A stretch of DNA of 63,656 bases, counting the filler. It is 7 parts of 7 records of this genome, joined end to end, with 100 filler letters (N's around TTAATTAATTAA, not from the genome) between each part and the next. Parts side by side here need not be neighbours in the genome. Positions count along the whole stretch, not along the records: positions 37,940 to 48,507 come from SRR31147125_5506; positions 48,608 to 58,137 come from SRR31147125_5518; positions 58,238 to 63,656 come from SRR31147125_5519; 4 more parts are not named here. One strand, given 5' to 3'. The notes under the pieces were generated by a model. That model searched no databases. It was not told where the DNA came from and saw only the letters and a program-made list of their open reading frames with translations. Of this stretch, positions 47,398-58,831 are shown piece by piece; position 1 is the stretch's first letter; every line of letters begins with the position of its first letter. The position numbers and the translations under genes are program-made.

Positions 47398-48243
47398 TTG
47401 TCACTCACTATCATCGCTGTTGTCCTGCTTGCCGCACTCTGCCATGCGACCTGGAACTTCCTGGTCAAACGATCAGACGACCCGTATCTCGGCATGACTG
47501 CGGTTGTGCTCGGTCATGCCCCGTTCGGGGTTCTAGCCGTGTTGTACTCGCCCGTTCCAGCCGCCGCCGCGTGGCCCTATGTTGTTGCCGGAGCATTCCT
47601 GCACACCGGATATCAGCTCTTTCTGCTCAACTCATATCGCTTTGGTGACCTGAGTCAGGTCTATCCGATGGCCCGGGGAGCGGCCCCGCTCATAACCGCA
47701 ATCGTGTCGATCCTGCTGCTCGGTGAATATTACAACAAGCTGCAGATCACAGCGCTTTTCATAATCGGCGCCGGCATTATCAGCCTTGCCTTCACGGCAA
47801 AGAAGGGAGAAGCCGGCCGCCCGTCAATATCGGTCGTTCTGGCAATCGCCACTGCAGGATTTATCTCATCGTATTCCATCGTCGATGGCATGGGAGCACG
47901 GGTCGGAGGAACAGCGGTCGGGTTTTACGGATACCTGACGCTTTTAAACGGCTTCATCTACTTCTGCACGATGACAAGGATACGCCCAGGCCTCACGACA
48001 CGAGTCCTGAAACATCACACGATCGAAACACTCCTGGGAGGCGGTATCTCTTTTCTTGCCTATGCGCTGGTAATCTGGTCGTTTACGAAAGCGCCAATTG
48101 CACTCGTCGCAGCGATACGCGAGACATCGGTGATGTTCGCCCTCTTGCTCGGCGTCGTCGTATTGAAAGAGAAATTGACCTGGCTGAAAATGATGGCGGT
48201 ACTCCTGACGGTAATCGGCGTTATCCTGCTTAAAACGGCGTAG
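47398..48243 (+). CDS. EamA/DMT-family transporter
   Basis: About 10 TM helices, HATWN, GDLSQVYPMARG, AAIRETSV. Confidence 0.9.
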   Translation: MSLTIIAVVLLAALCHATWNFLVKRSDDPYLGMTAVVLGHAPFGVLAVLYSPVPAAAAWPYVVAGAFLHTGYQLFLLNSYRFGDLSQVYPMARGAAPLITAIVSILLLGEYYNKLQITALFIIGAGIISLAFTAKKGEAGRPSISVVLAIATAGFISSYSIVDGMGARVGGTAVGFYGYLTLLNGFIYFCTMTRIRPGLTTRVLKHHTIETLLGGGISFLAYALVIWSFTKAPIALVAAIRETSVMFALLLGVVVLKEKLTWLKMMAVLLTVIGVILLKTA

Positions 48244-48329
48244 GTATCCCCAACCGTCAATTCATGGAATTCCACTAATCCCCACCTGCCAACGTACAAT
48301 CCGTCAGTGGCCTCCCGCTCACTGAGCAG

Positions 48330-48410
48330 TTCAGGATAGGATGGCCACCGTCCGGTTGCTTCTTCATCATGGACATATTCACATACATAGCATACGTATT
48401 GTTTTGCCAT
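48330..48410 (-). pseudogene. Possible rubredoxin N-terminal remnant
   Basis: MAKQYVCYVCEYVHDEEATG.W matches the first rubredoxin knuckle. The second CPxC is absent. Confidence 0.35.
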
Positions 48411-48507
48411 AGCCGCACATACTGCATTTCCATTTGATGTCCATTTGATCGGACGGTCCTTCTCTTAACTAGTTTCGATCCGAAAACTCAGCATTTTGCT
48501 CAAGATC

Positions 48508-48607
48508 NNNNNNNNNNNNNNNNNNNNNNNNNNNNNNNNNNNNNNNNNNNNTTAATTAATTAANNNNNNNNNNNNNNNNNNNNNNNNNNNNNNNNNNNNN
48601 NNNNNNN
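48508..48607. other. Artificial contig linker
   Basis: N44-TTAATTAATTAA-N44. Confidence 0.99.
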
Positions 48608-50405
48608 CCTGGTGGGAACCTGTAACAATTGGCAGGAAGAGGCAAAATATGCTTTTAAATCGCTGGAAAATGGTGTGTGGGAATTAACGCTTGATGAAGG
48701 AAATTTGGCGCATAACGATTTGTATGTTTTACACATTCACTGGGCAGTTAACTTCGGAAAACGAATTCCGGCCTGGGCAACAAGTGTGGTTCAGGATGAG
48801 GAAACCAAAATATTTAATGCCCGCGTTTGGATGCCGGAAAAGGAATACGAATGGCAGAATCCGGATTTTAGAAAAACAGATGATCCGGCGTTAATTTACG
48901 AAGCGCATATTGGTATGGCAGGAGAGGAAGAGTGTGTACATACTTACAACGAGTTTCGTGAAAAAATGCTGCCACGAATTAAAGAAAATGGTTATAATAC
49001 CATTCAGTTTATGGCCATTCCCGAGCACCCGTATTACGGAAGTTTTGGGTATCATGTGTCTAGTTTTTTTGCCCCTTCATCGCGATTTGGTACTCCCGAT
49101 GAGTTGAAGCAATTAATTGATGAAGCACATGGAATGGGGCTAACGGTTATTATGGATTTGGTTCATTCTCATGCAGTAAAAAACGAAATTGAAGGCCTTG
49201 GAAATTACGATGGTACTCGTTTCCAGTTTTTCCACGATGGCGTAAAAGGCGAACATCCGGCATGGGATTCGTATTGTTTTAACTATGGTAAAAACGAGGT
49301 TTTGCATTTTTTGCTTTCGAATATAAAATACTGGCTCGAAGAGTTTAAATTCGATGGATTTAGGTACGATGGAGTTACCAGCATGCTGTACTTAAATCAC
49401 GGGCTTGAAATTGCTTTTACAAGCTACGACGATTATTTTAATGCAAATGTTGACGATGAAGCTATAGCCTATTTCAAGCTTGCCAATAAGTTAATGAAAG
49501 AGGTAAAACCACAATCATTATCTATTGCCGAAGATATGAGTGGAATGCCCGGAATTGCTTCGCCTGTTGAAGGCGGAGGGTTGGGATTCGATTACCGGTT
49601 GGCAATGGGAATGCCCGATTTTTGGATAAAAACCATTAAAGAAAAAACGGACGATGAGTGGGACATGGGCGAAATTTTTCATCAACTAACATCGAAACGC
49701 CTCGAAGAAAAAGTAGTGAGTTACGCTGAATCGCACGACCAGGCTTTGGTAGGCGATAAAACCATTGTTTTTAGGTTGATTGATAAGGAGATGTATTTTA
49801 GCATGAGAAAAGATCAGCCCAACTTAATAGTTGAGCGTGGTATTGCCTTGCATAAAATGATTCGGTTGGCTACTGCTTCTTCTGCAGGAGGTGCTTATCT
49901 AAATTTTATGGGTAACGAATTTGGTCATCCCGAATGGATAGATTTCCCGCGCGAGGGAAATAATTGGTCGTGTAGTCATGCTCGCCGAATTTGGAGTATT
50001 TCTGAAGACCCTGAATTGAAATTTCACTGGCTTTACGATTTCGATAAAGAAATGATTAACCTAATTAGTACAAACAAAATATTAACAGTTCCATCAGTCG
50101 ATCTCGTGTTCGAACATAAACCCGATAAGGTACTGGCTTATCATCGAGGATTGTTCTTATTTGTATTTAATTTTAATCCAACACAGTCGTTTGCCGATTA
50201 TGGAATTCCGCTGGGTGCCGGGAAATATAAAGTTGTTTTAAATACCGATTCGGGAAGCTTTGGTGGGAACGATTTGGTTGATGAAGATATTACCTACTAC
50301 ACATTACCAAGTGGCGGAATTGACAGCCAGCATTATCTGAATCTTTATTTGCCGGCCCGTACAGCGCTGGTTTTAAAAAAGGTTGATTTTCCAAAAGTGA
50401 AGTAG
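48608..50405 (+). CDS. glgB: 1,4-alpha-glucan branching enzyme, GH13_8 type (5'-truncated)
   Basis: IYEAHIGM, EHPYYGSFGYHV, DGFRYDGVTSM, IAED, YAESHDQALVGDKT, FMGNEFGHPEWIDFPR. Confidence 0.95.
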
Positions 50406-51413
50406 ATGCGAGAATCAAAGTTTCAAACTTTAGTTAACGTCCCTGAGTTTAAGTGGCAAACAGGTTACCATAAAAAAAGTCTGTTTATTGGGTCGTGTTT
50501 TACCGAAAACATAGGCCGGAAAATGGTGGCTTTAAAGTATCCGGTTGATATTAATCCTTTTGGCATTTTATACAATCCTGTTTCGGTTGGCAATGCCCTG
50601 AGATGTTTATGCAGGGAGACAAAGTTTGAAAAGGAAAATTTAATTTCTCATAATGGTATCTGGCACAGTTTTTTGCATCATGGCAGATTTTCTTCTGTAA
50701 ATATTGAAACTGCTTTAGAGAGAATTAATCAGCAAATTGATTACTCTTCGGCGTTTTTAAAAGAGACCGGATTCCTGTTTCTAACATTTGGAACGGCTTG
50801 GATTTACAGGCATAAAGTTTCTAATCAGGTTGTTGCCAATTGTCATAAAATACCGGCAAGAGAATTTGTTCGCGAAAGACTTTCGATTGATACAATTGTT
50901 GAGCTTTATCGCGAATTACTGGCAGAAATTTGGGCATTAAATCCTAATTTGAAAGTGGTATTTACAGTTAGTCCTATTCGTCATTGGAAAGATGGTGCAG
51001 TTGAAAATCAAAGAAGTAAGGCTGCTCTTTTGCTTGCAATTGAAGAGCTGATTCGAAATTTTGGCAATGATAAATGTGCTTATTTTCCATCGTACGAAAT
51101 TGTAATGGACGAATTGCGCGACTATCGTTTTTATGGTGCCGATATGCTCCACCTTAGCGATGTTGCTGTAAATCATATTTGGGAGATTTTTGAGCAGGTG
51201 TTAATTAGTGACAGCAGCAAAACATTATCGCTCGAAGTAGCAAAAATTGTGAATGCTGTTAATCACAGACCAATTAAAAAGGATTCTGATGAATACCTTA
51301 AATTTCTGAAAAAGTTCTTAAGCCTAACCGAAATGTTAGAAAAAAAAGATCCAAATCTTAATTTAAGGTTAGAGAAAGAAATTTTTCAAAAACGATTAAA
51401 TGAATTTAAATAA
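50406..51413 (+). CDS. GSCFA domain protein
   Basis: GSCFTENIG, NPFGILYNP, VANCHK.P, FTVSPIRH, YFPSYEI..DELRDYRFY..D.LH. Confidence 0.92.
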   Translation: MRESKFQTLVNVPEFKWQTGYHKKSLFIGSCFTENIGRKMVALKYPVDINPFGILYNPVSVGNALRCLCRETKFEKENLISHNGIWHSFLHHGRFSSVNIETALERINQQIDYSSAFLKETGFLFLTFGTAWIYRHKVSNQVVANCHKIPAREFVRERLSIDTIVELYRELLAEIWALNPNLKVVFTVSPIRHWKDGAVENQRSKAALLLAIEELIRNFGNDKCAYFPSYEIVMDELRDYRFYGADMLHLSDVAVNHIWEIFEQVLISDSSKTLSLEVAKIVNAVNHRPIKKDSDEYLKFLKKFLSLTEMLEKKDPNLNLRLEKEIFQKRLNEFK

Positions 51414-51442
51414 CTGTTAATGGAAATTGTGATATAAATCAG

Positions 51443-51450
51443 TATTTTTG
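51443..51450 (+). promoter_or_regulatory. Bacteroidota -7 promoter element
   Basis: TATTTTTG matches TAnnTTTG, about 70 nt upstream of the ATG. Confidence 0.5.
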
Positions 51451-51517
51451 AAGGAAGTAGATGTTTCATTTCTGCCCTTCTAACTTTTCCAATTGTTCAC
51501 GTTAAATTACTATTGCT

Positions 51518-53464
51518 ATGCATTATCTTAAGTTCGACCGGGAGCAGTTAATTAATTTAGAATATTCGCTTTATAAAGAAGTTTTGCGAACCAATAAAGC
51601 CGGGTCGTATTTGTGTACAACATTAAATGGTTGTAATACACGTAAATATCATGGTTTGCTTGTAAGTCCAATTGAAGGCTTTGGAGGAGAAAAACACGTT
51701 TTGCTTTCATCGCTCGACGAAACGGTAATTCAAAATAATGCTGAGTTTAACCTTGCAATTCATCGTTTTCAAGGAGGCTCGTACGAACCCAAAGGACATA
51801 AATATATCAGGAATGTGGAGTTTAGCAATGTTCCTAAAATTACATACCGCGTGGGAGGCGTTGTTCTTACAAAAGAGCGCTTATTGGTAGAAAAAGAGGA
51901 GCAGGTTTTAATAAGATATACGCTCGAAGAAGCACACTCAACCACCACATTGCGATTAAAACCATTTTTGGCTTTTCGTAACATACATAATTTGTGTAAA
52001 GCTAATATGTACGTAAACTCAAAATTCGGTAAAGCATCAAATGGTATTTCTACCCGACTTTACGAAGGTTACCCAAACTTGTATATGCAAACCAGTAATG
52101 CTTCCGATTTTGTTCCGGTTCCCGACTGGTATTATAATATTGAATATTTAAAAGAATTGAATCGGGGTTACGATTCTCTCGAAGATTTATTTGTCCCGGG
52201 GTATTTCGAATTTCCTATTAAAAAAGGCGAAAGTATTGTTTTTGCAGCCGGATTGAACGAGGCAAATCCTGTTTCGTTAAAGCAACGATTTACACGCGAA
52301 TTAAAAAAACGAGGGGGAAAAGAAACATTTAACAGTGCCCTGTCGCATGCGGCAAAACAGTTTGTAATGCTACATAAAAACACGGCCGATGTTATTGCCG
52401 GATTTCCCTGGTATGGCAGTGTTACAAGGCAAACATTTATTGCACTTCCCGGGCTTTGTATATCTCTAAAAGATGTAGGTCTGTGCGAGAAAATTCTTGA
52501 CTCGTATTTAAAATATTTTAACGATGGATTCTTTCCGGATTGTGTTAACGACAAGGAACTTACTTACCATTCGGCCGATGCATCGTTATGGTTTATTTGG
52601 GTAGTTCAGCAAGCATTTAAAAGGCTCGGCGGTCATTCAAGAATTTGGAGCCTTTACGGAGAGGCGATTAAACGAATTCTTGCTGCATATAAAAATGGTA
52701 ATCTCGAATATATACGTACAAATGAAGATGGACTAATATATGCCGACAAAGAAAGTGTAGCATTAACCTGGATGGATTCGTATGTTGATGGAAATCCGGT
52801 TGTTAGGCGGGGTGGTCTTGCTGTTGAAGTTAATGCCTTATGGTATAATGCAATACGTTTTGCCACCGATTTGGCAGGCGAGGCAGGCGACACCGATTTT
52901 GTTGAGGAGTGGAAAGGATTTGATGAAAAAGTAGGGGAGGCATTCATAAAAACTTTCTGGGAGAATGGACATGGATACCTTGCCGACACCGTTTATAATG
53001 GACATACCGATTGGGCTGTTCAACCAAATATGGTAATAGCAGTGGCTCTTGATAATTCGCCTCTCTCAAAAGAACAGCAAAAGCAAGTGCTGAGTGTTGC
53101 AAAGCGGAAACTGCTTACCAACCGCGGACTTCGTACTTTATCGCCCGACCATTTACGTTACAAAGGAGTTGTAACGGGTGGCCCGCAAGAACGCGAAGGA
53201 ACTATTCATAAAGGAGCTGTGTGGCCCTGGCTTATTCAGTTTTTTGTTGAAGGCTACCTGAAAATTCATAAACGAGGAGGATTGCCTTTTGTAAAACAAA
53301 TTATGGAAAGCTTCGAAGAAGAAATGACAGAACACTGTGTAGGAACCGTGTCTGAAATGTACGATGGAAATCCTCCACATAAAGGCAAGGGGGCAATATC
53401 TCAGGCCTGGAGTGTTGCGGGTGTTTCTTATGCCTTAGATCTAATTCAGAATTATAAGAATTAG
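51518..53464 (+). CDS. Amylo-alpha-1,6-glucosidase / glycogen debranching enzyme (GH133-like)
   Basis: CNTRKYHGLL, EDLFVPG, AGFPW, LTWMD, VEVNALWYNA, GLRTLSP, SE.YDG.PP, QAWSV. Confidence 0.9.
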   Translation: MHYLKFDREQLINLEYSLYKEVLRTNKAGSYLCTTLNGCNTRKYHGLLVSPIEGFGGEKHVLLSSLDETVIQNNAEFNLAIHRFQGGSYEPKGHKYIRNVEFSNVPKITYRVGGVVLTKERLLVEKEEQVLIRYTLEEAHSTTTLRLKPFLAFRNIHNLCKANMYVNSKFGKASNGISTRLYEGYPNLYMQTSNASDFVPVPDWYYNIEYLKELNRGYDSLEDLFVPGYFEFPIKKGESIVFAAGLNEANPVSLKQRFTRELKKRGGKETFNSALSHAAKQFVMLHKNTADVIAGFPWYGSVTRQTFIALPGLCISLKDVGLCEKILDSYLKYFNDGFFPDCVNDKELTYHSADASLWFIWVVQQAFKRLGGHSRIWSLYGEAIKRILAAYKNGNLEYIRTNEDGLIYADKESVALTWMDSYVDGNPVVRRGGLAVEVNALWYNAIRFATDLAGEAGDTDFVEEWKGFDEKVGEAFIKTFWENGHGYLADTVYNGHTDWAVQPNMVIAVALDNSPLSKEQQKQVLSVAKRKLLTNRGLRTLSPDHLRYKGVVTGGPQEREGTIHKGAVWPWLIQFFVEGYLKIHKRGGLPFVKQIMESFEEEMTEHCVGTVSEMYDGNPPHKGKGAISQAWSVAGVSYALDLIQNYKN

Positions 53465-53513
53465 TATGAAAATTAAAGTTTGACATTTACCAAATGACAG
53501 TAAACATAACAAA

Positions 53514-54806
53514 ATGAAAGTTTTAATGTTTGGCTGGGAATTCCCGCCGCATATTTCAGGAGGATTAGGAACAGCTTGTTATGGACTAACAAAAGGATTA
53601 TCTGAGATAAAAGATATTGATGTTACTTTTGTTGTACCAAAAGCGTATGGCGACGAAGACCAATCGGATATGGAATTGGTAGGAGCTAACACTGTTCCGA
53701 TCGGAAGAAAAGAGTTTCATTTTAGCACAAGCGAAAAATCAATCGATTATATTGAGGTTAATTCACCCATTATTCCATATGTTGATGAAGACGAATTCTG
53801 GAAACTGAAAAAAGAGAAATACACTGTTAGAACCAAATTTGTAGAAACCGACGAAGGCTGCAAAATTGAATTTAGTGGTAGTTACGGTGCCGATTTGTTT
53901 CAGGAAATTAAAAACTATGGAATAGTAGCGCAATATATTGCCGATCAAAACGAATTTGATATAATACATGCCCATGATTGGCTGGCTTATCCTGCAGGGA
54001 TTGCGGCTAAAAAAGTAAGTGGAAAACCTTTGGTCGTTCATGTACATGCTACCGATTTCGACCGAAGTGGAGGAAATGTTAACCCGAAAGTTTATGCTAT
54101 TGAACGCGAAGGAATGGAAATGGCCGATAAAATTATTACAGTAAGTAACCTTACCCGAAAAATTGTAATCGATAAGTATGAAATTAATCCTGATAAAGTG
54201 GTAACCGTTTATAATGCAGTTGAACCTGTCAGCAATGAGTCTGAAAGCGAGTATAAAAAGGGAGTAGACGAAAAGGTTGTAACATTTTTGGGCCGGGTAA
54301 CCATGCAAAAAGGGCCCGAATATTTTATAGAGGCTGCTAACCTGGTACTAAAAAATATACCGAATACTCGTTTTGTAATGGCCGGAAGCGGCGATATGCT
54401 GAATACAATGATTGCCCGTGTTGCCGAGTTGGGGATTTCAGATAAATTTCATTTTACCGGATTTTTAAAAGGAGACGACGTACAAACTCTGTTTAATATG
54501 ACCGATGTTTTTGTTATGCCTTCGGTTTCCGAACCATTTGGAATTGTTCCATTAGAAGCCATGCAACTAAATGTTCCGGTTATTATTTCAAATCAATCGG
54601 GGGTTGCCGAAATATTAGAGAATGTTATAAAAATTGATTTCTGGGATACTTACGCAATGGCCGATGCCATTCATGGAATTTTAAATTACCCTTCACTCTC
54701 GGAGCATTTTAAAGAGGAAGGGAAACATGAAGTTGAAACTTTAAAATGGGTAAATGCTGCCCGCGAAGTAAAAACTGTATACGACAACGCAATAACTAAA
54801 CAATAA
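53514..54806 (+). CDS. GT4 glycosyltransferase (putative glycogen synthase)
   Basis: GWEFPPHISGGLG, HAHDW, GRVTMQKG, MPSVSEPFGIVPLEAM. Confidence 0.92.
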   Translation: MKVLMFGWEFPPHISGGLGTACYGLTKGLSEIKDIDVTFVVPKAYGDEDQSDMELVGANTVPIGRKEFHFSTSEKSIDYIEVNSPIIPYVDEDEFWKLKKEKYTVRTKFVETDEGCKIEFSGSYGADLFQEIKNYGIVAQYIADQNEFDIIHAHDWLAYPAGIAAKKVSGKPLVVHVHATDFDRSGGNVNPKVYAIEREGMEMADKIITVSNLTRKIVIDKYEINPDKVVTVYNAVEPVSNESESEYKKGVDEKVVTFLGRVTMQKGPEYFIEAANLVLKNIPNTRFVMAGSGDMLNTMIARVAELGISDKFHFTGFLKGDDVQTLFNMTDVFVMPSVSEPFGIVPLEAMQLNVPVIISNQSGVAEILENVIKIDFWDTYAMADAIHGILNYPSLSEHFKEEGKHEVETLKWVNAAREVKTVYDNAITKQ

Positions 54807-54817
54807 AACCTTGCTAC

Positions 54818-56142
54818 ATGAAGTCTGTTTGTTTGTTTTTTCAGGTGCACCAACCTTTTAGATATCGTCGCTATCGCTTCTTCGATATTGGGAACGATCA
54901 TTATTATTACGATGATTATTCCAACGAAGCGATAATGCGAAAAATTGCCGATACGTGTTACTTGCCAACCAATAAACTTTTACTTGAGCTTGCCGACAGG
55001 CTTGAGGGGAAATTTAAAGTGGCCTTTTCAATTACCGGAACAGCACTCGAACAGTTCGAGCTTTACACTCCCGAAGTTACTGAGTCGTTTCGTAAGTTGG
55101 CAAAAACTGGATGTGTCGAATTTTTATCCGAGACTTTTTCTCATTCATTGGCTTCTCTAAAAGATCCTGAAAGTTTTAAAGAACAGGTCCGCCAGCACGA
55201 CGAACGGATTTTTGACCTGTTTGGGCACCGGCCAAAGGTTTTCAGAAATACCGAAATGATTTATTCGGATGAAATAGGAGAACAGGTTGCCGAAATGGGC
55301 TATACGGGCATGTTAACCGAGGGGGCAAAACACGTACTCGGTTGGAAGAGCCCAAACTTTATGTATGTAAATGCCATAAATCCGCGGTTAAAAGTTTTAA
55401 TGCGAAACTTTAAATTAAGCGACGATTTAGCCTTTCGCTTTTCAGATGAAAACTGGTCTGAATACCCGCTAACCGCCGACAAGTATATAAACTGGCTAAA
55501 TAAATTAAACAAAAAAGAAGAGGTGATAAATCTTTTCCTGAGCTACGAAGTTTTAGGGCAAAGGCAAAAAGCCGAAACCGGGATATTCGATTTATGGAAA
55601 CATTCACCGAAAAAATTGTAGCAAGTAAAGAATTAGCATTTTCAACTCCTTCCGAAGTAGTAAAAGAGCTTCAACCTGTTTCTGTGGTTAGTGTTCCGCA
55701 CCCCATTTCCTGGGCCGATGAGGAGCGCGATCTTACTGCATGGTTGGGTAACGGCATGCAAAAGGAGGCGTTTGGTAAACTTTACGAATTAAATTCTCGC
55801 ATGCAAAAATGTACCGATCAGGAATTATTGCAAGATTGGAATTACCTTCAGGTGAGCGATCACTTTTATTATATGTCAACAAAATTCTCTTCCGATGGAA
55901 ATGAGAATCGCTCAGAGAGTCCATTCGATTCGCCATATGAAGCCTTTATTAATTATATGAATGTGTTAAGCGATTTTAAAATGAGGCTAAATTCGGTAAT
56001 TCCAGAAAACGAAACTGAAAGCGAAATTGCGGTTTTACAAAGGATAATTGACGAAAAAGATGAAAAGCTAAAAAAGTTGGAAGCCGATTTATTACGTGTT
56101 CAGAAAACAAAAAAACGAAAGCCGGCAACACGTAAAAAATAA
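54818..56142 (+). CDS. GH57 alpha-amylase-like protein (1 homopolymer frameshift)
   Basis: FQVHQP, CYLP, ETFSHSL, FRNTE, SWADEERD, DHFYYM. Adding one T at 55591-93 joins ORFs 54818 and 55594. Confidence 0.88.
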
Positions 56143-56217
56143 AACAAAAATATGTTGTCTAACATTAAATTCACTTAATGATTAACGTAAATAGCATAAC
56201 AATTAGAATCCATAATA

Positions 56218-56225
56218 TAATTTTG
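56218..56225 (+). promoter_or_regulatory. Bacteroidota -7 promoter element
   Basis: TAATTTTG matches TAnnTTTG, upstream of glgP. Confidence 0.5.
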
Positions 56226-56340
56226 CAAACAATAATCAGTGATGTAATTTATTGAACACTAAAAAGAAACATATTAAGGCAAGCCCCGAACATGGGGCCT
56301 TTATCATTTAAGATATTAGTTGAAAGAAAAAAAAGGAATT

Positions 56341-58137
56341 ATGAAAAACGAAGAAATTCGAATTATAAATAATCCGGTTGTTGACGGACCGGTATGGAAA
56401 AAGATTAGCGTAGAGTCTAATCTTCCTGAGAGTTTATCTCCACTTCGTCAGTTATCTGCCAACTTATGGTGGGTTTGGAATACCGAAGCACGCGAGTTAT
56501 TTGAATATATCGACCCAAAAATTTGGGAGGAATGTGAGCACAATCCAATTGTATTACTCGATAAAGTTGGTTATGCCCGACTAAATGAATTGGAAAAAGA
56601 CGAACAATTCCTAAATAAAATGAACCATGTATTTGGTGAGTTAAATGGATATCTGGAAGAACGTAAATCGCTTGAAGGACCAGAAGTTGCCTATTTCAGT
56701 ATGGAATATGGTTTGCACGATAGTCTGAAAATTTTCTCAGGTGGTTTAGGTATTCTTGCCGGCGACTACTTAAAAGAAGCCAGTGATTCGAAAACGAACC
56801 TGGTTGCTGTAGGTCTGTTGTATCGTTACGGATATTTTAAGCAAACATTGAACTTGCACGGTGAGCAAATGGCAAACTACGAAGCTCAGCAGTTTTCTAA
56901 AATTCCGGTTCAACCAGCTCTCGACAGCGAAGGAAACTGGGTGTCGGTAGAAATTGAATACCCCGATAGAAAACTAATAGCACGTGTTTGGGAAGTAAAT
57001 GTTGGTTCAGTTAAGTTGTTCTTGCTGGATGCCGACCATATGAGTAACCGCGAAGATGACCGTTTTGTTACCCACCATTTATACGGGGGAGATAACGAAA
57101 ACCGTTTGAAACAAGAAATGTTGCTAGGTTTAGGTGGTATTAAGGCACTTAAAGCACTTGGTTACGATTCTGATATTTATCACTGTAATGAAGGACATGC
57201 CGCATTTATTGGAATAGAGCGCATAATAAATCTTAAGAATGAAGAAAAACTAAGCTTTGCACAGGCAAGAGAAGTTGTTAGTGCTTCAACAGTATTTACA
57301 ACTCATACTCCTGTTCCTGCGGGGCACGATTCGTTCTATAATGATTTGTTTAAACATTATATGCACAAATTCCCGGATCAATTAGGTCTTAGCTGGGATG
57401 AATTCCAGATGCTGGGGAAAGCGCGCCCAGAGGAAGATCATTTTAATATGAGTTACCTGGCTTGTAATCTTTCGCAAGGAATTAATGGTGTAAGTATGCT
57501 TCACGGCGATGTAAGTAAAGAGGTTCTGAAACATCTTTACCATGGTTTCCTCGAAGATGAGTTGGAAATTGGATACGTTACCAACGGAGTTCACTACCCA
57601 ACCTGGGCAGCTCCTGAGTGGAAAGCAATTCATAATAAATATTTTGGAGAAGAGTTTCCTACGAACCAGCTGGATTTTGATGTTTGGAAAAAGATCTACA
57701 ATGTTCCGGATACTGAAATTTGGGAACTGCGCAGAAAGTTGCGTTTGAAAATGATTAATTACATTAAGCAACGTTTTGCCGATAACTGGATTAAACGTCA
57801 CGAGAATCCTAAAATTATTACAGAAGTTCTGGGCAAATTAAATCCTAATGTTCTTACTATTGGATTTGCCCGTAGATTTGCTACCTACAAACGAGCACAT
57901 CTATTATTCCGTAATCTCGACCGTTTAGCGAAAATTGTAAATGATCCTGATCGTCCGGTACAGTTTATTTTTGCCGGTAAAGCACACCCTGCTGATAAAG
58001 CGGGTCAGGATTTAATTAAAAATATTGTTGAAGTTTCAAAACGTCCTGAGTTCAGAGGTAAAATTCTTTTTGTTCAGAATTACGATATGAACCTGGCGAA
58101 AACACTTTTACAAGGTGTTGATATTTGGATGAATACT
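56341..58137 (+). CDS. glgP: Alpha-glucan phosphorylase (3'-truncated)
   Basis: NLWWVWN, YFSMEYG, SGGLGILAGDYLK, HCNEGH, FTTHTPVPAGHD, FARRFATYKR, GKAHPAD. Confidence 0.95.
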
Positions 58138-58237
58138 NNNNNNNNNNNNNNNNNNNNNNNNNNNNNNNNNNNNNNNNNNNNTTAATTAATTAANNNNNNN
58201 NNNNNNNNNNNNNNNNNNNNNNNNNNNNNNNNNNNNN
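58138..58237. other. Artificial contig linker
   Basis: N44-TTAATTAATTAA-N44. Confidence 0.99.
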
Positions 58238-58828
58238 ATGAATCCGCATTTTTTATTTAACACTCTAAATCTAATAGGAAGTACCGCAATTCATGCTGAT
58301 ATTGAGCTTGCAACGGAGCTTGTAGAAGCGATATCTGATATCTTGAGATACAATCTAGAGTTTGATGAGAAAAAGGTGAACTTACAAGAGGAGATAAGGG
58401 TAATTGAGAAATATATCTTTATACAAACTTCCAGATGGCGAGAGAGAATTACTTTTATAGTGGAAAACAATATTGAAAATATTGATATTGAGATTCCACC
58501 AATGTTACTCCAACCAATAATCGAAAATGCAATAATACATGGACAGAAAAATGTAGTAGAAAATGGGATTATAAAAGTAAAATTTTATGAGAGAGATGAG
58601 CAGGTGGTTGTAGAAGTATTTGATAATGGAGAGGGAATAGAGGATGAGAAAATCCGTCATATATTCGATGATTGTGAAGTTGAAGAGGAGAAAAAAAGAA
58701 AAAGCATAGGTCTAAAAAACATAAGAAAAAGATTGGAAATAATTTTTAATAGAAAAGATCTACTAAAAGTTCAAAGAGTAGAGGATGGGACACTAATAGA
58801 AGTATCATTCCCATCAGAAAGGAAATAG
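58238..58828 (+). CDS. YesM/LytS-family sensor histidine kinase (5'-truncated)
   Basis: NPHFLFNTLN, LQPIIENAIIHG, DNGEG, IGLKNIRKRL. Confidence 0.93.
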   Translation: MNPHFLFNTLNLIGSTAIHADIELATELVEAISDILRYNLEFDEKKVNLQEEIRVIEKYIFIQTSRWRERITFIVENNIENIDIEIPPMLLQPIIENAIIHGQKNVVENGIIKVKFYERDEQVVVEVFDNGEGIEDEKIRHIFDDCEVEEEKKRKSIGLKNIRKRLEIIFNRKDLLKVQRVEDGTLIEVSFPSERK

Positions 58829-58831
58829 AGA

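Noticed and set aside
48060-48410. 116-aa rubredoxin-like ORF as an intact gene
   Set aside because: It has only one CxxC knuckle, and the remainder runs antisense into the EamA gene.
38069-58137. Two glgP genes as a duplicated glycogen system
   Set aside because: They are on different contigs with different base composition and different phosphorylase subtypes, so they likely come from different organisms.
9715-58237. Recurrent TTAATTAATTAA between N-runs as a biological repeat, and gene linkage across these gaps
   Set aside because: These are identical 100-bp linkers with stops in all six frames. GC content and gene style change across them, so they are artificial joins.
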